A stretch of DNA of 35,704 bases, taken from sequence record DRR723986_7325; one strand, given 5' to 3'. Below, one piece after another: positions 9,820 through 19,646 of the stretch. Positions within the stretch are counted from its first letter, which is position 1. The number at the start of each line of letters is the position of its first letter. The notes beneath the pieces were generated by a model. That model worked only from the letters and a program-made list of their open reading frames with translations, was not told the DNA's origin and ran no database searches. Both the position numbers and the translations under genes were made by a program.

Positions 9820-9930
9820 GGCTCTCTCCCGAATGATTTTATGTTTATTATTATTATGAACATTTTAAATCAAGCAATTTCCGACCGCGGAAAAGATCAG
9901 GCGGTTGTCGGGGGTATAGACATCAGCGGG

Positions 9931-11028
9931 TCAGTTTCCGCTGACCATGAACCTGGAACTGAACGGCAGGCTGGCAGCGCCGATCGCCTTCGGTGCCGGC
10001 ACGATGTTGCCGGCGATTGCCTTGATCTGCGGGGCTGCTGCTTCCAGTTTCCGGCAGATGTCCCGGCAAATGCTTTCAGGCGCATAAGACGACAGGATGA
10101 CTGTTTCGATTTCCACGAATTGGCCAACCCCATGCAGGGAGGCGCGCATCTGGGCAATCAGCCGTTCTTCCCAATCGCTCACCAGAGCACCGTAGTCTGG
10201 CCAGGATCCTGAACGGTCCCAGAGCGGGTCGACTTCCTTGCCCTGTGCCGACAGGTCTCTCTCCAGCGCCGCAATGCCGACATCGAAGCTGACTTCGGAA
10301 TTGCCGTTGTAGATCTGGTGATTGAGGACAAGGCGGCCGTGCAGGTCGGCGCCGAGGTAGAAGAACATATAGTCCGAAAGTGTCTTGGCAGCGCCGAACA
10401 TGCTCTCACCGCTGGCCGCTGCGGTGATGTCGTTCTGGACAAAAACGGCAATGCCGAGCTGTTCCTCGATCTCCGCCTGCAAGGCCTTGAAATAGGCTTC
10501 TTCGTCCATGCCGCCCGACAGTCGGCGGGGCAGGGCAAGACCGACGCCAGCCAGGCGTTCGCGTTCCGCATCCGGCAGCAGCTTAACCGCGCTCGCAATC
10601 GTCTCCAGAAATTCCGAATGGTTGCTGCCATGGGCAAGCTGTGGATTGGGCAAGGTCTTGTGAAAGCGGATCTTGCCGACAAAATCGATGAGAACGATAT
10701 CGGTGTGCCGGTTGCCGACGCTGATCCCGATGGAATAGGCCCCTTCAGGGTTGAGGGTCAGCGGCACGGTTGGCGGGCCGACGCGCCCCTTTTGCGCTTC
10801 CCCCTTCGCCACCAGTCCTTCCTGCTCCAGCGACCTGACGAGTACGGACACGGTCTGCGCCGAAAGGCCCGTCTGTTCGCCGATCTCCAGCCGTGTCGTC
10901 GAGGAGTTCTGCAGAAGCAGCGAAAGCACCAGGCGCTCGTTGTAGCTTCGCACACTGACGGCATTCAGGCCTGACGCACGGTCGGCTATGCGCAGCGGAT
11001 TGGGCGGAGCAAATCTCATGTCAGGCAT
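9931..11028 (-). CDS. ROK family transcriptional regulator (FrcR-like)
   Basis: N-terminal HTH 'NERLVL...TGLSAQTVS...GRVGPP', ROK core 'GVGLALP', 'VQNDITAAASGE'. Confidence 0.9.
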   Translation of the reverse strand: MPDMRFAPPNPLRIADRASGLNAVSVRSYNERLVLSLLLQNSSTTRLEIGEQTGLSAQTVSVLVRSLEQEGLVAKGEAQKGRVGPPTVPLTLNPEGAYSIGISVGNRHTDIVLIDFVGKIRFHKTLPNPQLAHGSNHSEFLETIASAVKLLPDAERERLAGVGLALPRRLSGGMDEEAYFKALQAEIEEQLGIAVFVQNDITAAASGESMFGAAKTLSDYMFFYLGADLHGRLVLNHQIYNGNSEVSFDVGIAALERDLSAQGKEVDPLWDRSGSWPDYGALVSDWEERLIAQMRASLHGVGQFVEIETVILSSYAPESICRDICRKLEAAAPQIKAIAGNIVPAPKAIGAASLPFSSRFMVSGN

Positions 11029-11088
11029 GGAAGGCCCTCCGTTGCCGTGCCGGATAAATTCCTGCCGGCAGCTGTGCGCGCAGCGAAC

Positions 11089-11730
11089 TCATTTCCACCC
11101 GATCGCCTCCACTTCCCGCGCCAGGGCGACACCGAGATTCTCATGTGCCTGAGCATTGATGTGGAACCCGTCCAGCGGATCACAGGTCGAGACGGACCCC
11201 GCGTCGAAGAAATGCACCTCAAGCGAATCCGACATGATCTCGAACTGAAGGGCAAGTTCATGGGACTTCTGCTGGGCGGCCTTGAAGATGTTCTCCCATT
11301 CCTTGATGTCGTCCAGCATCGGCGGCGGCGAGACCACCATGATCTCGGGCACCGTTCCGTCAGGGCCGGGCGAGAGTTCCTTGATGTCGTGGATCAGGCA
11401 GCCGATGCCCATTGCCACTTCCGACGCCGGCTGGCCGAACCGGGCCTTCAGGTCGTTCGTGCCCAGCATTATGATGACAAGGTCCAGAGGAGCATGGCTC
11501 ATGAGGCAGGGTCGCAGATAGGTGCGGCCATTCTTCAGCGCGCCTTCGATGGGGTCGTCATGCACCGTTGTCCGACCACTGAGGCCTTCCTCGATGATGT
11601 GCCAGCCCTTGCCGAGTTCACGCGCAAGCACACCCGGCCACCGCTGCAGCAGAGTGTAGCGATCCAGTGGTGTCCCCCCTGGAATTTGTCCGTGCGTGTT
11701 CGAGTCGCCGTAACACAAGATCGTGCGCAT
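11089..11730 (-). CDS. SGNH/GDSL hydrolase (arylesterase-like)
   Basis: Block I GDSNTHG, block II EGLSGRTT, block III LGTND, block V DGFH. Confidence 0.93.
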   Translation of the reverse strand: MRTILCYGDSNTHGQIPGGTPLDRYTLLQRWPGVLARELGKGWHIIEEGLSGRTTVHDDPIEGALKNGRTYLRPCLMSHAPLDLVIIMLGTNDLKARFGQPASEVAMGIGCLIHDIKELSPGPDGTVPEIMVVSPPPMLDDIKEWENIFKAAQQKSHELALQFEIMSDSLEVHFFDAGSVSTCDPLDGFHINAQAHENLGVALAREVEAIGWK

Positions 11731-11844
11731 GCTGGCAGCGTCCTGATTTAGTTATTGAAAACAGTCGGTTGTCCCGAAGGTTGGCCGAAACCTCTGTTGC
11801 CATACATTGCATCGCTCGCGGGATCTGACAAGCTTTCCAATTAA

Positions 11845-11870
11845 TCATTCAATATGAATAACTATTGACA
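11845..11870 (+). promoter_or_regulatory. Candidate ROK operator (TCATTCA-ATA-TGAATAA) next to a TTGACA -35 box
   Basis: Near-perfect AT-rich inverted repeat 11845-11861; TTGACA at 11865-11870; the -10 is not convincing. Confidence 0.45.
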
Positions 11871-12107
11871 GGCAAGTCCTGCCGTGATTTTTAACGGACC
11901 TGGGAGGAGGTCCCACCCATCGCAGTTGCGTTCACCCGCCGCCGGAATGCGTTTCGGCGAACGGCATCGCCTTGTCTGCCGGCCGGCACCCGTTGTCGCT
12001 GCCGGAACGGCTGACCTGTGCGTAAAGGAAGGCTGTTCGCCGAGGTCAGGCGCTCGGCAGTCTTCCTGCAAGCAGATCAAAGGCCTGACCTTGGAGGAGG
12101 AATTTCG

Positions 12108-13181
12108 ATGACATATTTCAAACCTGCCACGCTGGCGGGCTGTCTGGCGGTCGCCATCTCGTCATACCCTGCATTCGCGGAAGACACGTTTCTGATGGAT
12201 GGCGTTACGGCCAGGGAAGGCGACAATCCGGTTGTCGAAGCGGACAAATACAAGAAGGATTGCCCCTGGACCATCGGCATGAGTCACTTTGGGGTGAACG
12301 CCAATACCTGGACCGTTCAGGTGGCACATGAGTCCGAAGCGGCTGCTGCCAAGAACGACTGCATCACCAAGTTCATCCTGCTCGACGCCGGTTTCGACCA
12401 GAAAAAGCAGGTGGCCGATATCGAGGATCTGGTTGCACAGAACGTCGATGCGATCATCGTTCAGCCTGTAACGTCAACGTCTGCAGATGCGTCGATCGCC
12501 AAGGCCGTGGCGGCCGGCATTCCGGTTGTCCTGCACACCGGCCGTATCGAGAGCGATGCCTATACGACCGAGATCCAGGGCGGCGCCGAACACTTCGGCA
12601 AGGTGATGGGCGACTGGCTCGTCAACGAGGTTGGCACCGACGGCAAGATCTGGGTTCTGCGCGGTCTCGCCGGACACCCGGAAGACACCAACCGTTACAA
12701 CGGCTTGCTGCAGTCTCTTGAAGGCACAAATGTCGAAGTCATCGCCGAGGAACATGGCGACTGGCAGTACGACAAGGCCAAGAACCTGTGTGAGACGCTT
12801 TATCTGAACAACCCGTCTGTCGACGGGATCTGGTCTTCCGGTGCCGACATGACCCGTGCCTGTGTTGACGTGTTCAAGCAGTTCGGCGCTGAAATTCCGC
12901 CGATTTCCGGCGAAGGCAACAACGGCTTTTTCGGTCAGTGGATCCGGGACGGATTTAAATCCGTGTCTGCGGAATACGCGCCTGCCCAGGGGGCAGCCGG
13001 TGTGCGTGCTGCTGTCGCCCTGCTGGAAGGCAAGGAGCTGAAGAAGCACTACGACTACAACCCGGCAGGCTGGGACGTCGACAAGGCCAAGCAATATTAC
13101 CGCGAGGACCTGTCCGCCAACGTCTGGTGGCCAACCGAGCTGCCGGAGGAAAAGCTGCAGGAGCTTTACGGCAAGAAATAG
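12108..13181 (+). CDS. Sugar ABC transporter periplasmic substrate-binding protein
   Basis: Start re-set to ATG 12108 after GGAGGAGG; signal peptide MTYFK...AFA; 'KQVADIEDLVAQNVDAIIVQP' type I periplasmic fold. Confidence 0.93.
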   Translation: MTYFKPATLAGCLAVAISSYPAFAEDTFLMDGVTAREGDNPVVEADKYKKDCPWTIGMSHFGVNANTWTVQVAHESEAAAAKNDCITKFILLDAGFDQKKQVADIEDLVAQNVDAIIVQPVTSTSADASIAKAVAAGIPVVLHTGRIESDAYTTEIQGGAEHFGKVMGDWLVNEVGTDGKIWVLRGLAGHPEDTNRYNGLLQSLEGTNVEVIAEEHGDWQYDKAKNLCETLYLNNPSVDGIWSSGADMTRACVDVFKQFGAEIPPISGEGNNGFFGQWIRDGFKSVSAEYAPAQGAAGVRAAVALLEGKELKKHYDYNPAGWDVDKAKQYYREDLSANVWWPTELPEEKLQELYGKK

Positions 13182-13202
13182 CCTCCTCCCGAGGCCGGAC
13201 GG

Positions 13203-13235
13203 CCAGCCGGTGCTGCAGTTCCGCGCACCGGCTGG
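13203..13235 (+). terminator. Intercistronic stem-loop after the substrate-binding protein gene
   Basis: 11-bp perfect stem CCAGCCGGTGC...GCACCGGCTGG, no U-tract, so more likely a stabiliser. Confidence 0.5.
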
Positions 13236-13279
13236 TCACCGACAGCAAAGATCCAGAATATGATCCGGGGGAGAAGGCA

Positions 13280-14773
<1,494 letters not shown>

Positions 14774-14792
14774 CCCTGCCCACAAGATTGAA

Positions 14793-15761
14793 GTGATCAT
14801 GACACAAGCATTTCTCGCGAGATTGACACAGCCGAAAGGCCGGCAGGGTTTGTGGATGCTGCCCTTGCTGATCGCCATCGCCATAAGCGTTTATCTCGGT
14901 CTTCGCACCGACCAGTTCCTCGGTTCTGAAAACCTCTTCAACCTGATTGCCCAGGCGATGCCGCTGGTCATCACGGCCATTGGCCAGATGTTTGTGGTCG
15001 TAGTGGGCGGCCTCGATCTGTCGGTGGGCTCCCTCATCAGCTTCACGACGGCCATTCTGGCGCTTGATGCGCCGGGCTACGTGACGATACCGGCGGTTTT
15101 CCTGTTCGCCGTATTGGTTGGCCTCAGCAACGGCCTTGTGATCACCCGGCTGAATGTCCACCCGATCATCGCAACGCTGGCAATGCAGTATGTCATTCTG
15201 GGCATCACGCGCATCCTGCGTCCGGTCTCCGGAGGCACCGTGCCCGATATCGTCATCCAGTCGGTCGGCGGCACGTTTCTCGGAGTGCCGATGCCGGTGT
15301 TCTGGGGTGTCGCGGTGGTTCTGGTGGCCTGGAAGTTGCTGCATGGATCGCGCTTCGGCCTGCATCTGTTTGCGATCGGCGGCGGAGTTGCAAACGGCAC
15401 GCCGGATGCTGCGCGAAATTTCGGCGTTCCGGATCGTCGAAACATCCTGCTCGCCTATGTCGCCTGTTCGTGTTTTGCGGCCCTTGCCGGTGTCTTCCTG
15501 GCCGGCCGGATTGTTTCGGGCGATCCCAATGTCGGTCTCTTGTTCGAACTGGATGCGATTACCGCCGTCGCCGTCGGCGGAACACAGCTCTCCGGCGGTA
15601 TAGGCAGCCTGCAGGGCACGGTGATCGGGGCACTGGTCCTGGCGCTCCTGTCCAACGGCATGAACCTCACCAACGTGTCGCCCTTCATCCAGACCGCGAT
15701 CAAGGGCGGTCTCCTGCTCCTGGTCGTGGGGCTCCAGACCCGCAAGAAGATAGGGCTTTGA
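14793..15761 (+). CDS. Sugar ABC transporter permease
   Basis: GGLDLSVGS, FELDAITAVAVGG; start GTG 14793 or ATG 14799. Confidence 0.93.
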   Translation: MIMTQAFLARLTQPKGRQGLWMLPLLIAIAISVYLGLRTDQFLGSENLFNLIAQAMPLVITAIGQMFVVVVGGLDLSVGSLISFTTAILALDAPGYVTIPAVFLFAVLVGLSNGLVITRLNVHPIIATLAMQYVILGITRILRPVSGGTVPDIVIQSVGGTFLGVPMPVFWGVAVVLVAWKLLHGSRFGLHLFAIGGGVANGTPDAARNFGVPDRRNILLAYVACSCFAALAGVFLAGRIVSGDPNVGLLFELDAITAVAVGGTQLSGGIGSLQGTVIGALVLALLSNGMNLTNVSPFIQTAIKGGLLLLVVGLQTRKKIGL

Positions 15762-15763
15762 TC

Positions 15764-16720
15764 ATGTCTGCGATCGTGAAGCATCCTTTCCTGCAGCGCC
15801 TGCTGCGTGTTCCGCCGGCGTACTACGTGTTCGCCATCCTGCTGATCACGCTCTGGATTGCCAGGCCGCACATGCTCAACGCCAATATCATGGGCATCTT
15901 CATTCGCCAGGTGGCACCGCTCGGCGTGCTGGTTCTGGCTCAGTTGCTGGTGATGCGTGTGAAGAGCATCGACCTTTCCGGCGGTGGCATCATCCTGTTG
16001 GTCAACTACTTCATTTCCTCGGGCATCTTTACCGGGGCGTCGATGCCGTTCTTCATCGGGCTAAGTCTGGCAACCGGCACCGCGATCGGTCTCTTCAACG
16101 GCTGGATGATCGGCAAGCGCCGGGTTTCTGCGGTTATCGTCACACTGGCGGTCAGCATCATCCTGGTCGGGTTCGTGCAGTATCTTTCAAGTGGCAAACC
16201 ACCCGGTGACGTGCCGTCCTACCTGAACGACATCTACAACATCAAATGGGGTCCGGCCCCGGTTCCTGTGCTGTTCTGGTTTGCCCTGACCGTGGTGATG
16301 GCGCTGTTTCTCTCAAAGACAGTGTTCGGCAGATATGTCACTTCGGTCGGCGAGAACCCGGAAGCCGCGCATTTTTCAGGGGTACCGGTCGAGCGGACCG
16401 TCATTCTCGCCCACACGCTGGCCGGTTTCATCGCAGCAGTAGCAGCCCTGGTGCAAACCGCCTCCATCGCGGTCGGCAGTGTCCGCGTCGGTCTCGATCT
16501 GCCGATCCTGGCAGTGGCTGCAACCATTCTCGGCGGGGTCGTCTTCGGCCGGGGTGAAGGCGGTGTCTGGGGCCCGTTCTTCGGGGTCCTGTCCTTCGCC
16601 CTCCTGTTCGTGGTGATGACCACTTTCGGCATCGATGACCCGGGCAAGCTCATCGCCCAGGGGCTGATCATCCTGCTCGCCGCCATCTTCTACGGCATCA
16701 GAACGTCCAGATCCAATTGA
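15764..16720 (+). CDS. Sugar ABC transporter permease
   Basis: Start re-set to ATG 15764 (MSAIVKHP), 2 nt after the previous stop; IDLSGGG, VGENPEAAHFSG, VAATILGG. Confidence 0.92.
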   Translation: MSAIVKHPFLQRLLRVPPAYYVFAILLITLWIARPHMLNANIMGIFIRQVAPLGVLVLAQLLVMRVKSIDLSGGGIILLVNYFISSGIFTGASMPFFIGLSLATGTAIGLFNGWMIGKRRVSAVIVTLAVSIILVGFVQYLSSGKPPGDVPSYLNDIYNIKWGPAPVPVLFWFALTVVMALFLSKTVFGRYVTSVGENPEAAHFSGVPVERTVILAHTLAGFIAAVAALVQTASIAVGSVRVGLDLPILAVAATILGGVVFGRGEGGVWGPFFGVLSFALLFVVMTTFGIDDPGKLIAQGLIILLAAIFYGIRTSRSN

Positions 16721-16749
16721 GCCTTTCCGTAAAATTTGAGGAGGAAACA

Positions 16750-17430
16750 ATGGCAAACGAAAAGTCGATACTTTGCTTTGGGGATTCGCTGACCTGGGGC
16801 TGGATCCCCGTTGTGGAAGGCGCCCCGACAATGCGCTACCCGTATGAGCAGCGCTGGACGGGGGCAATGGCCGCCGAGCTGGGCGAAGGGTACCGGATTA
16901 TCGAAGAAGGTCTCAGTGCCCGCACGACGAGCGCCGATGATCCCAACGATCCCCGTCTGAACGGTAGCCAGTACCTGCCGTCGGCCCTTGCCAGCCACCT
17001 GCCGCTGGATCTGGCGATCATCCTTCTGGGAACCAACGACACCAAGCCGTTCTTCAACCGCACGCCCTATGACATTGCCTATGGCATGTCGAAGCTGGTC
17101 GGGCAGGTGCTGACAAGTGGTGGCGGCATCGGCACGCCTTATCCGGCGCCAAAGTGCCTGGTTGTTGCACCGCCACCCCTGACGCCTATGCCGCATCCCT
17201 ATTTCCAGGGCATGTTTGGCGGGGCCCACGAAAAGTCGGCGGCGCTGGCAGAGCAATACCGGAACATGGCCGATTTCATGAAGGTCGATTTCCTCAGCGC
17301 GGCTGACCACATCACCACTGACGGCTGCGACGGCATTCATTTCACTGCCCAGAACAACATCGACCTGGGCGAGGCCATTGCCGGAAAGGTTCGGGAGATC
17401 CTGGACCGGCAGCAGGCCGAAGCGGCTTGA
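16750..17430 (+). CDS. SGNH hydrolase / acyltransferase-perhydrolase, MsAcT-like
   Basis: Start ATG 16750 after GAGGAGG; ILCFGDSLTWGW, EEGLSARTT, DPRLNG, HLPLDL, GTNDTK, VLTSGGGIGTPYPAPK, DGIHF, collinear with M. smegmatis MsAcT as recalled. Confidence 0.92.
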   Translation: MANEKSILCFGDSLTWGWIPVVEGAPTMRYPYEQRWTGAMAAELGEGYRIIEEGLSARTTSADDPNDPRLNGSQYLPSALASHLPLDLAIILLGTNDTKPFFNRTPYDIAYGMSKLVGQVLTSGGGIGTPYPAPKCLVVAPPPLTPMPHPYFQGMFGGAHEKSAALAEQYRNMADFMKVDFLSAADHITTDGCDGIHFTAQNNIDLGEAIAGKVREILDRQQAEAA

Positions 17431-17461
17431 TACTCCTGGTTCAGACCTGACAACTCTCCTT

Positions 17462-17506
17462 GCCGCCCGCCAGTCTAGCCAAAGCATGTGCGGGCGGCTT
17501 GACTTT
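17462..17506 (+). terminator. Probable intrinsic terminator of the ABC-SGNH operon
   Basis: 9-bp stem GCCGCCCGC/GCGGGCGGC (19-nt loop) followed by TTGACTTT. Confidence 0.5.
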
Positions 17507-17534
17507 GCACGAAATTCTTCGCAACTATCCCGTC

Positions 17535-17650
17535 ATGAACAAAGCCGCCGCGACCAGCTACAAACGAGATTTCAGAGCTATCCCCAAAGCGGGAGAGTAG
17601 CCCCCGGCTCGGCTGTCATGCGCCCCGAGCCTCGGGGTAAACACTTGAGA
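17535..17650 (+). promoter_or_regulatory. Putative leader module 1: 21-aa uORF (17535-17600, MNKAAATSYKRDFRAIPKAGE) plus hairpin 17602-17637
   Basis: Translated by hand; stop TAG abuts CCCCG-GCTCGG...CCGAGC-CGGGG hairpin; same layout recurs at 18232-18356. Confidence 0.5.
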
Positions 17651-17782
17651 TGATGCAACAGGAACCGGCCCTGCCGGTCGAAATCATCGAAGCGCACAAA
17701 TCACCACATCTTGAGACTTAACTCCGCCGTCCGGACGTGATCCGTCCATTGGTGCCTGAAGGCACCCGGCAAGGGGGACTTT

Positions 17783-18229
17783 ATGCGCGAACCGACTGAT
17801 TTTGCTTCGAAGCCTGACATCGTCATCGGCACAACCGACTATGAACGGCTGGAAGGCCTCGCTTCCTCGTTTGAAACACGATTGCCAAATGTCACGGAGG
17901 ATCTCCTGACCGAATTAAGCCGGGCCAGACTCGTCCCAGACGGGGCGTTGCCTGCCGATAGTGTGAGAATGGGTTCCGTCGTCCGGTTCCGAACCGACGC
18001 TACGGACGAAAAGACCCTGCAGCTGGTCTTTCCGGGCGACGCGGATATCGCAAACGGCAGGATTTCCATCCTGACACCCATCGGCACCGCCCTCATTGGC
18101 CTTTCCGCGGGTCAGTCGATCGCCTGGTGTGCAAACGACGGACGCCGGCATCGCCTAACCGTCGTGTCGGTCAGCCAGCCGCCGCTCGTCGGTGGAGGTT
18201 CGGAGCTGCAGAGCCCGGATCGCGGTTAG
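17783..18229 (+). CDS. rnk: Nucleoside diphosphate kinase regulator Rnk (GreA/GreB C-terminal domain family)
   Basis: Short N-terminal coiled coil 'DYERL...LLTELSRA', 'VRMGSVVRF', 'LVFPGDAD...ISILTPIGTALIGL..GQSI.W'. Confidence 0.9.
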   Translation: MREPTDFASKPDIVIGTTDYERLEGLASSFETRLPNVTEDLLTELSRARLVPDGALPADSVRMGSVVRFRTDATDEKTLQLVFPGDADIANGRISILTPIGTALIGLSAGQSIAWCANDGRRHRLTVVSVSQPPLVGGGSELQSPDRG

Positions 18230-18231
18230 TC

Positions 18232-18356
18232 ATGACTTCCGGCTCGCCGTTTCACAAACCCCGTTTCCTGGATCACGCAGGCAGTCTTCTCGCAGGAACT
18301 TAGCCCCTGCCGGTCTCTCGCACCCGAGACGGCCGGACAGGGGGAACAGTCTTGAA
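18232..18356 (+). promoter_or_regulatory. Putative leader module 2: 23-aa uORF (18232-18303, MTSGSPFHKPRFLDHAGSLLAGT) plus hairpin 18304-18343
   Basis: Translated by hand; TAG abuts CCCCTG-CCGGTC-TCTCG-cacc-CGAGA-c-GGCCGG-a-CAGGGG hairpin. Confidence 0.5.
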
Positions 18357-18412
18357 GCTGAAACCAGTTCCAACACCGGCCTTCGCCAAAGCGAGGCCGA
18401 AGGAGACACCGC

Positions 18413-18931
18413 ATGCGCGAACCAAAGCAGTTTATCTTCACCAATAAGGACTACGCGACCCTGACCAGAATGGTGTCGCAATGTCCGCGAACCAATACGC
18501 CGTTTGTTTCCCTGCTGCGCCGGAAATTGGCGCAAGCCCACGTAGTGCCCTCATCGGAGATCCCGGTGAACGTCGTCACCATGAACAGCCGCGTGACCTT
18601 CCAGGTGGACGATCATGCACCCGACACGAGGGTGGTCATTCCCGATGAAGCCGACAGTCTTGTCGGCCTGACCTTGCCGATCACGACGGCAACGGGAATG
18701 GCCCTGCTTGGTATGTCGGAAAAGCAGAGCATGGAACTTGCAGGCCTTGGCCGCCAGAGCAGGACGCTGACGGTGATCGGGGTTGCCTACCAACCCGAAG
18801 CCATGGGTGGTGTTCGCAGGGACGTACCGCAAGGTCCGATATCCGCCAGACGGCAAGGCAGGCCTTTTCTGCATCTTGTTCACAGCTCGGATGAAGACGC
18901 AGAGGGCAACCTCGTTCACTTGCACCGGTAA
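18413..18931 (+). CDS. Divergent Rnk-like GreA/GreB family protein
   Basis: AAGGAG SD; 'KDYATL...LLRRKLAQA', 'IPVNVVTMNSRVTF', 'GMALLG', C-terminal 'YQPEA' typical of Rnk. Confidence 0.85.
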   Translation: MREPKQFIFTNKDYATLTRMVSQCPRTNTPFVSLLRRKLAQAHVVPSSEIPVNVVTMNSRVTFQVDDHAPDTRVVIPDEADSLVGLTLPITTATGMALLGMSEKQSMELAGLGRQSRTLTVIGVAYQPEAMGGVRRDVPQGPISARRQGRPFLHLVHSSDEDAEGNLVHLHR

Positions 18932-18942
18932 ATATGCATGAT

Positions 18943-18979
18943 CCGCTGTCGCCCGGCGCCGTATGCCGGGCGACAGCGG
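18943..18979. terminator. Strong hairpin between convergent genes (probable bidirectional terminator)
   Basis: 15-bp perfect stem CCGCTGTCGCCCGGC / GCCGGGCGACAGCGG. Confidence 0.65.
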
Positions 18980-19004
18980 GGAATAGGTTTTGCTCGTCAC
19001 CTTC

Positions 19005-19577
19005 TCAGCTGATTAGCTCTGCCGATGGCGTGCGTTGCCAGGCGAATTGCTCGAAATACGGCTCGATCGGCGTATTGGCCAGCTTGTTGGTGTAATTGCT
19101 CATCACCTTCTGGGAAATGGCAAGCACGACTTCGAGAACCTGTCGGCTGGTGAAACCGGCAGCCAGAAACGCCTCCACCTGCTTGTCGCCGGCCGATCCG
19201 CGCTCGCGAACCATCTGCAGCGTGAACCGGCGAAGCGCCTCAAGCCTGGGCGTCGGCAATGGCGTTTCGTTGCGCAAGGCGTCCGAGACCGCATCATCAA
19301 CGCCCATGCGTTTTGCGATGCCGGTGTGGGAGGGGACGCAGTAGTGGCAATCGTGTTCGACGTTTATCGACTGCCAGACAACTGTCTTTTCCTCGTCCGT
19401 GAAGCTGCTTTCCAGGAAAAGCCGGTGAAGAACCAGATACCCTTCCAGCAGGCCCGGAGCTTCCGCCATGACCGCATGGAGGTTGGGCACGACGCCGAAA
19501 GCAGCCTTTGTTTGTTCGAGCAAGGGTTTGCTGCGATCCGGCGCCGATTGTGCCGTGTGGATTTCAAATTCGGTCAT
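19005..19577 (-). CDS. Carboxymuconolactone decarboxylase / AhpD-like peroxidase family protein
   Basis: 'FGVVPNLHAVMAEAP', E-x11-CHYC-x3-H core (EKTVVWQSINVEHDCHYCVPSH), 'KVMSNYTN'. Confidence 0.9.
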   Translation of the reverse strand: MTEFEIHTAQSAPDRSKPLLEQTKAAFGVVPNLHAVMAEAPGLLEGYLVLHRLFLESSFTDEEKTVVWQSINVEHDCHYCVPSHTGIAKRMGVDDAVSDALRNETPLPTPRLEALRRFTLQMVRERGSAGDKQVEAFLAAGFTSRQVLEVVLAISQKVMSNYTNKLANTPIEPYFEQFAWQRTPSAELIS

Positions 19578-19646
19578 GAAGATTGTCTCTTGTCAGTTTG
19601 AAAGCGGGGGAATGCGCTGCCGTTGGCTCTATGCGCTTCAAAGTGT

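Noticed and set aside
17575-17650. Resemblance to a yybP-ykoY (Mn2+) riboswitch (GGGAGAGTAGC)
   Set aside because: The 5' motif is imperfect, the 3' GAGACC element is missing and the downstream gene is not a Mn-related transporter.
17650-17721. Additional 23-aa ORF MMQQEPALPVEIIEAHKSPHLET in the rnk leader
   Set aside because: No SD and no counterpart in the second module.
17479-18392. CCAAAGC heptamer in three hairpin loops around the rnk leaders (17479, 17584, 18386)
   Set aside because: Only 7 nt and at non-equivalent positions in the two modules; cannot be separated from chance without comparative data.
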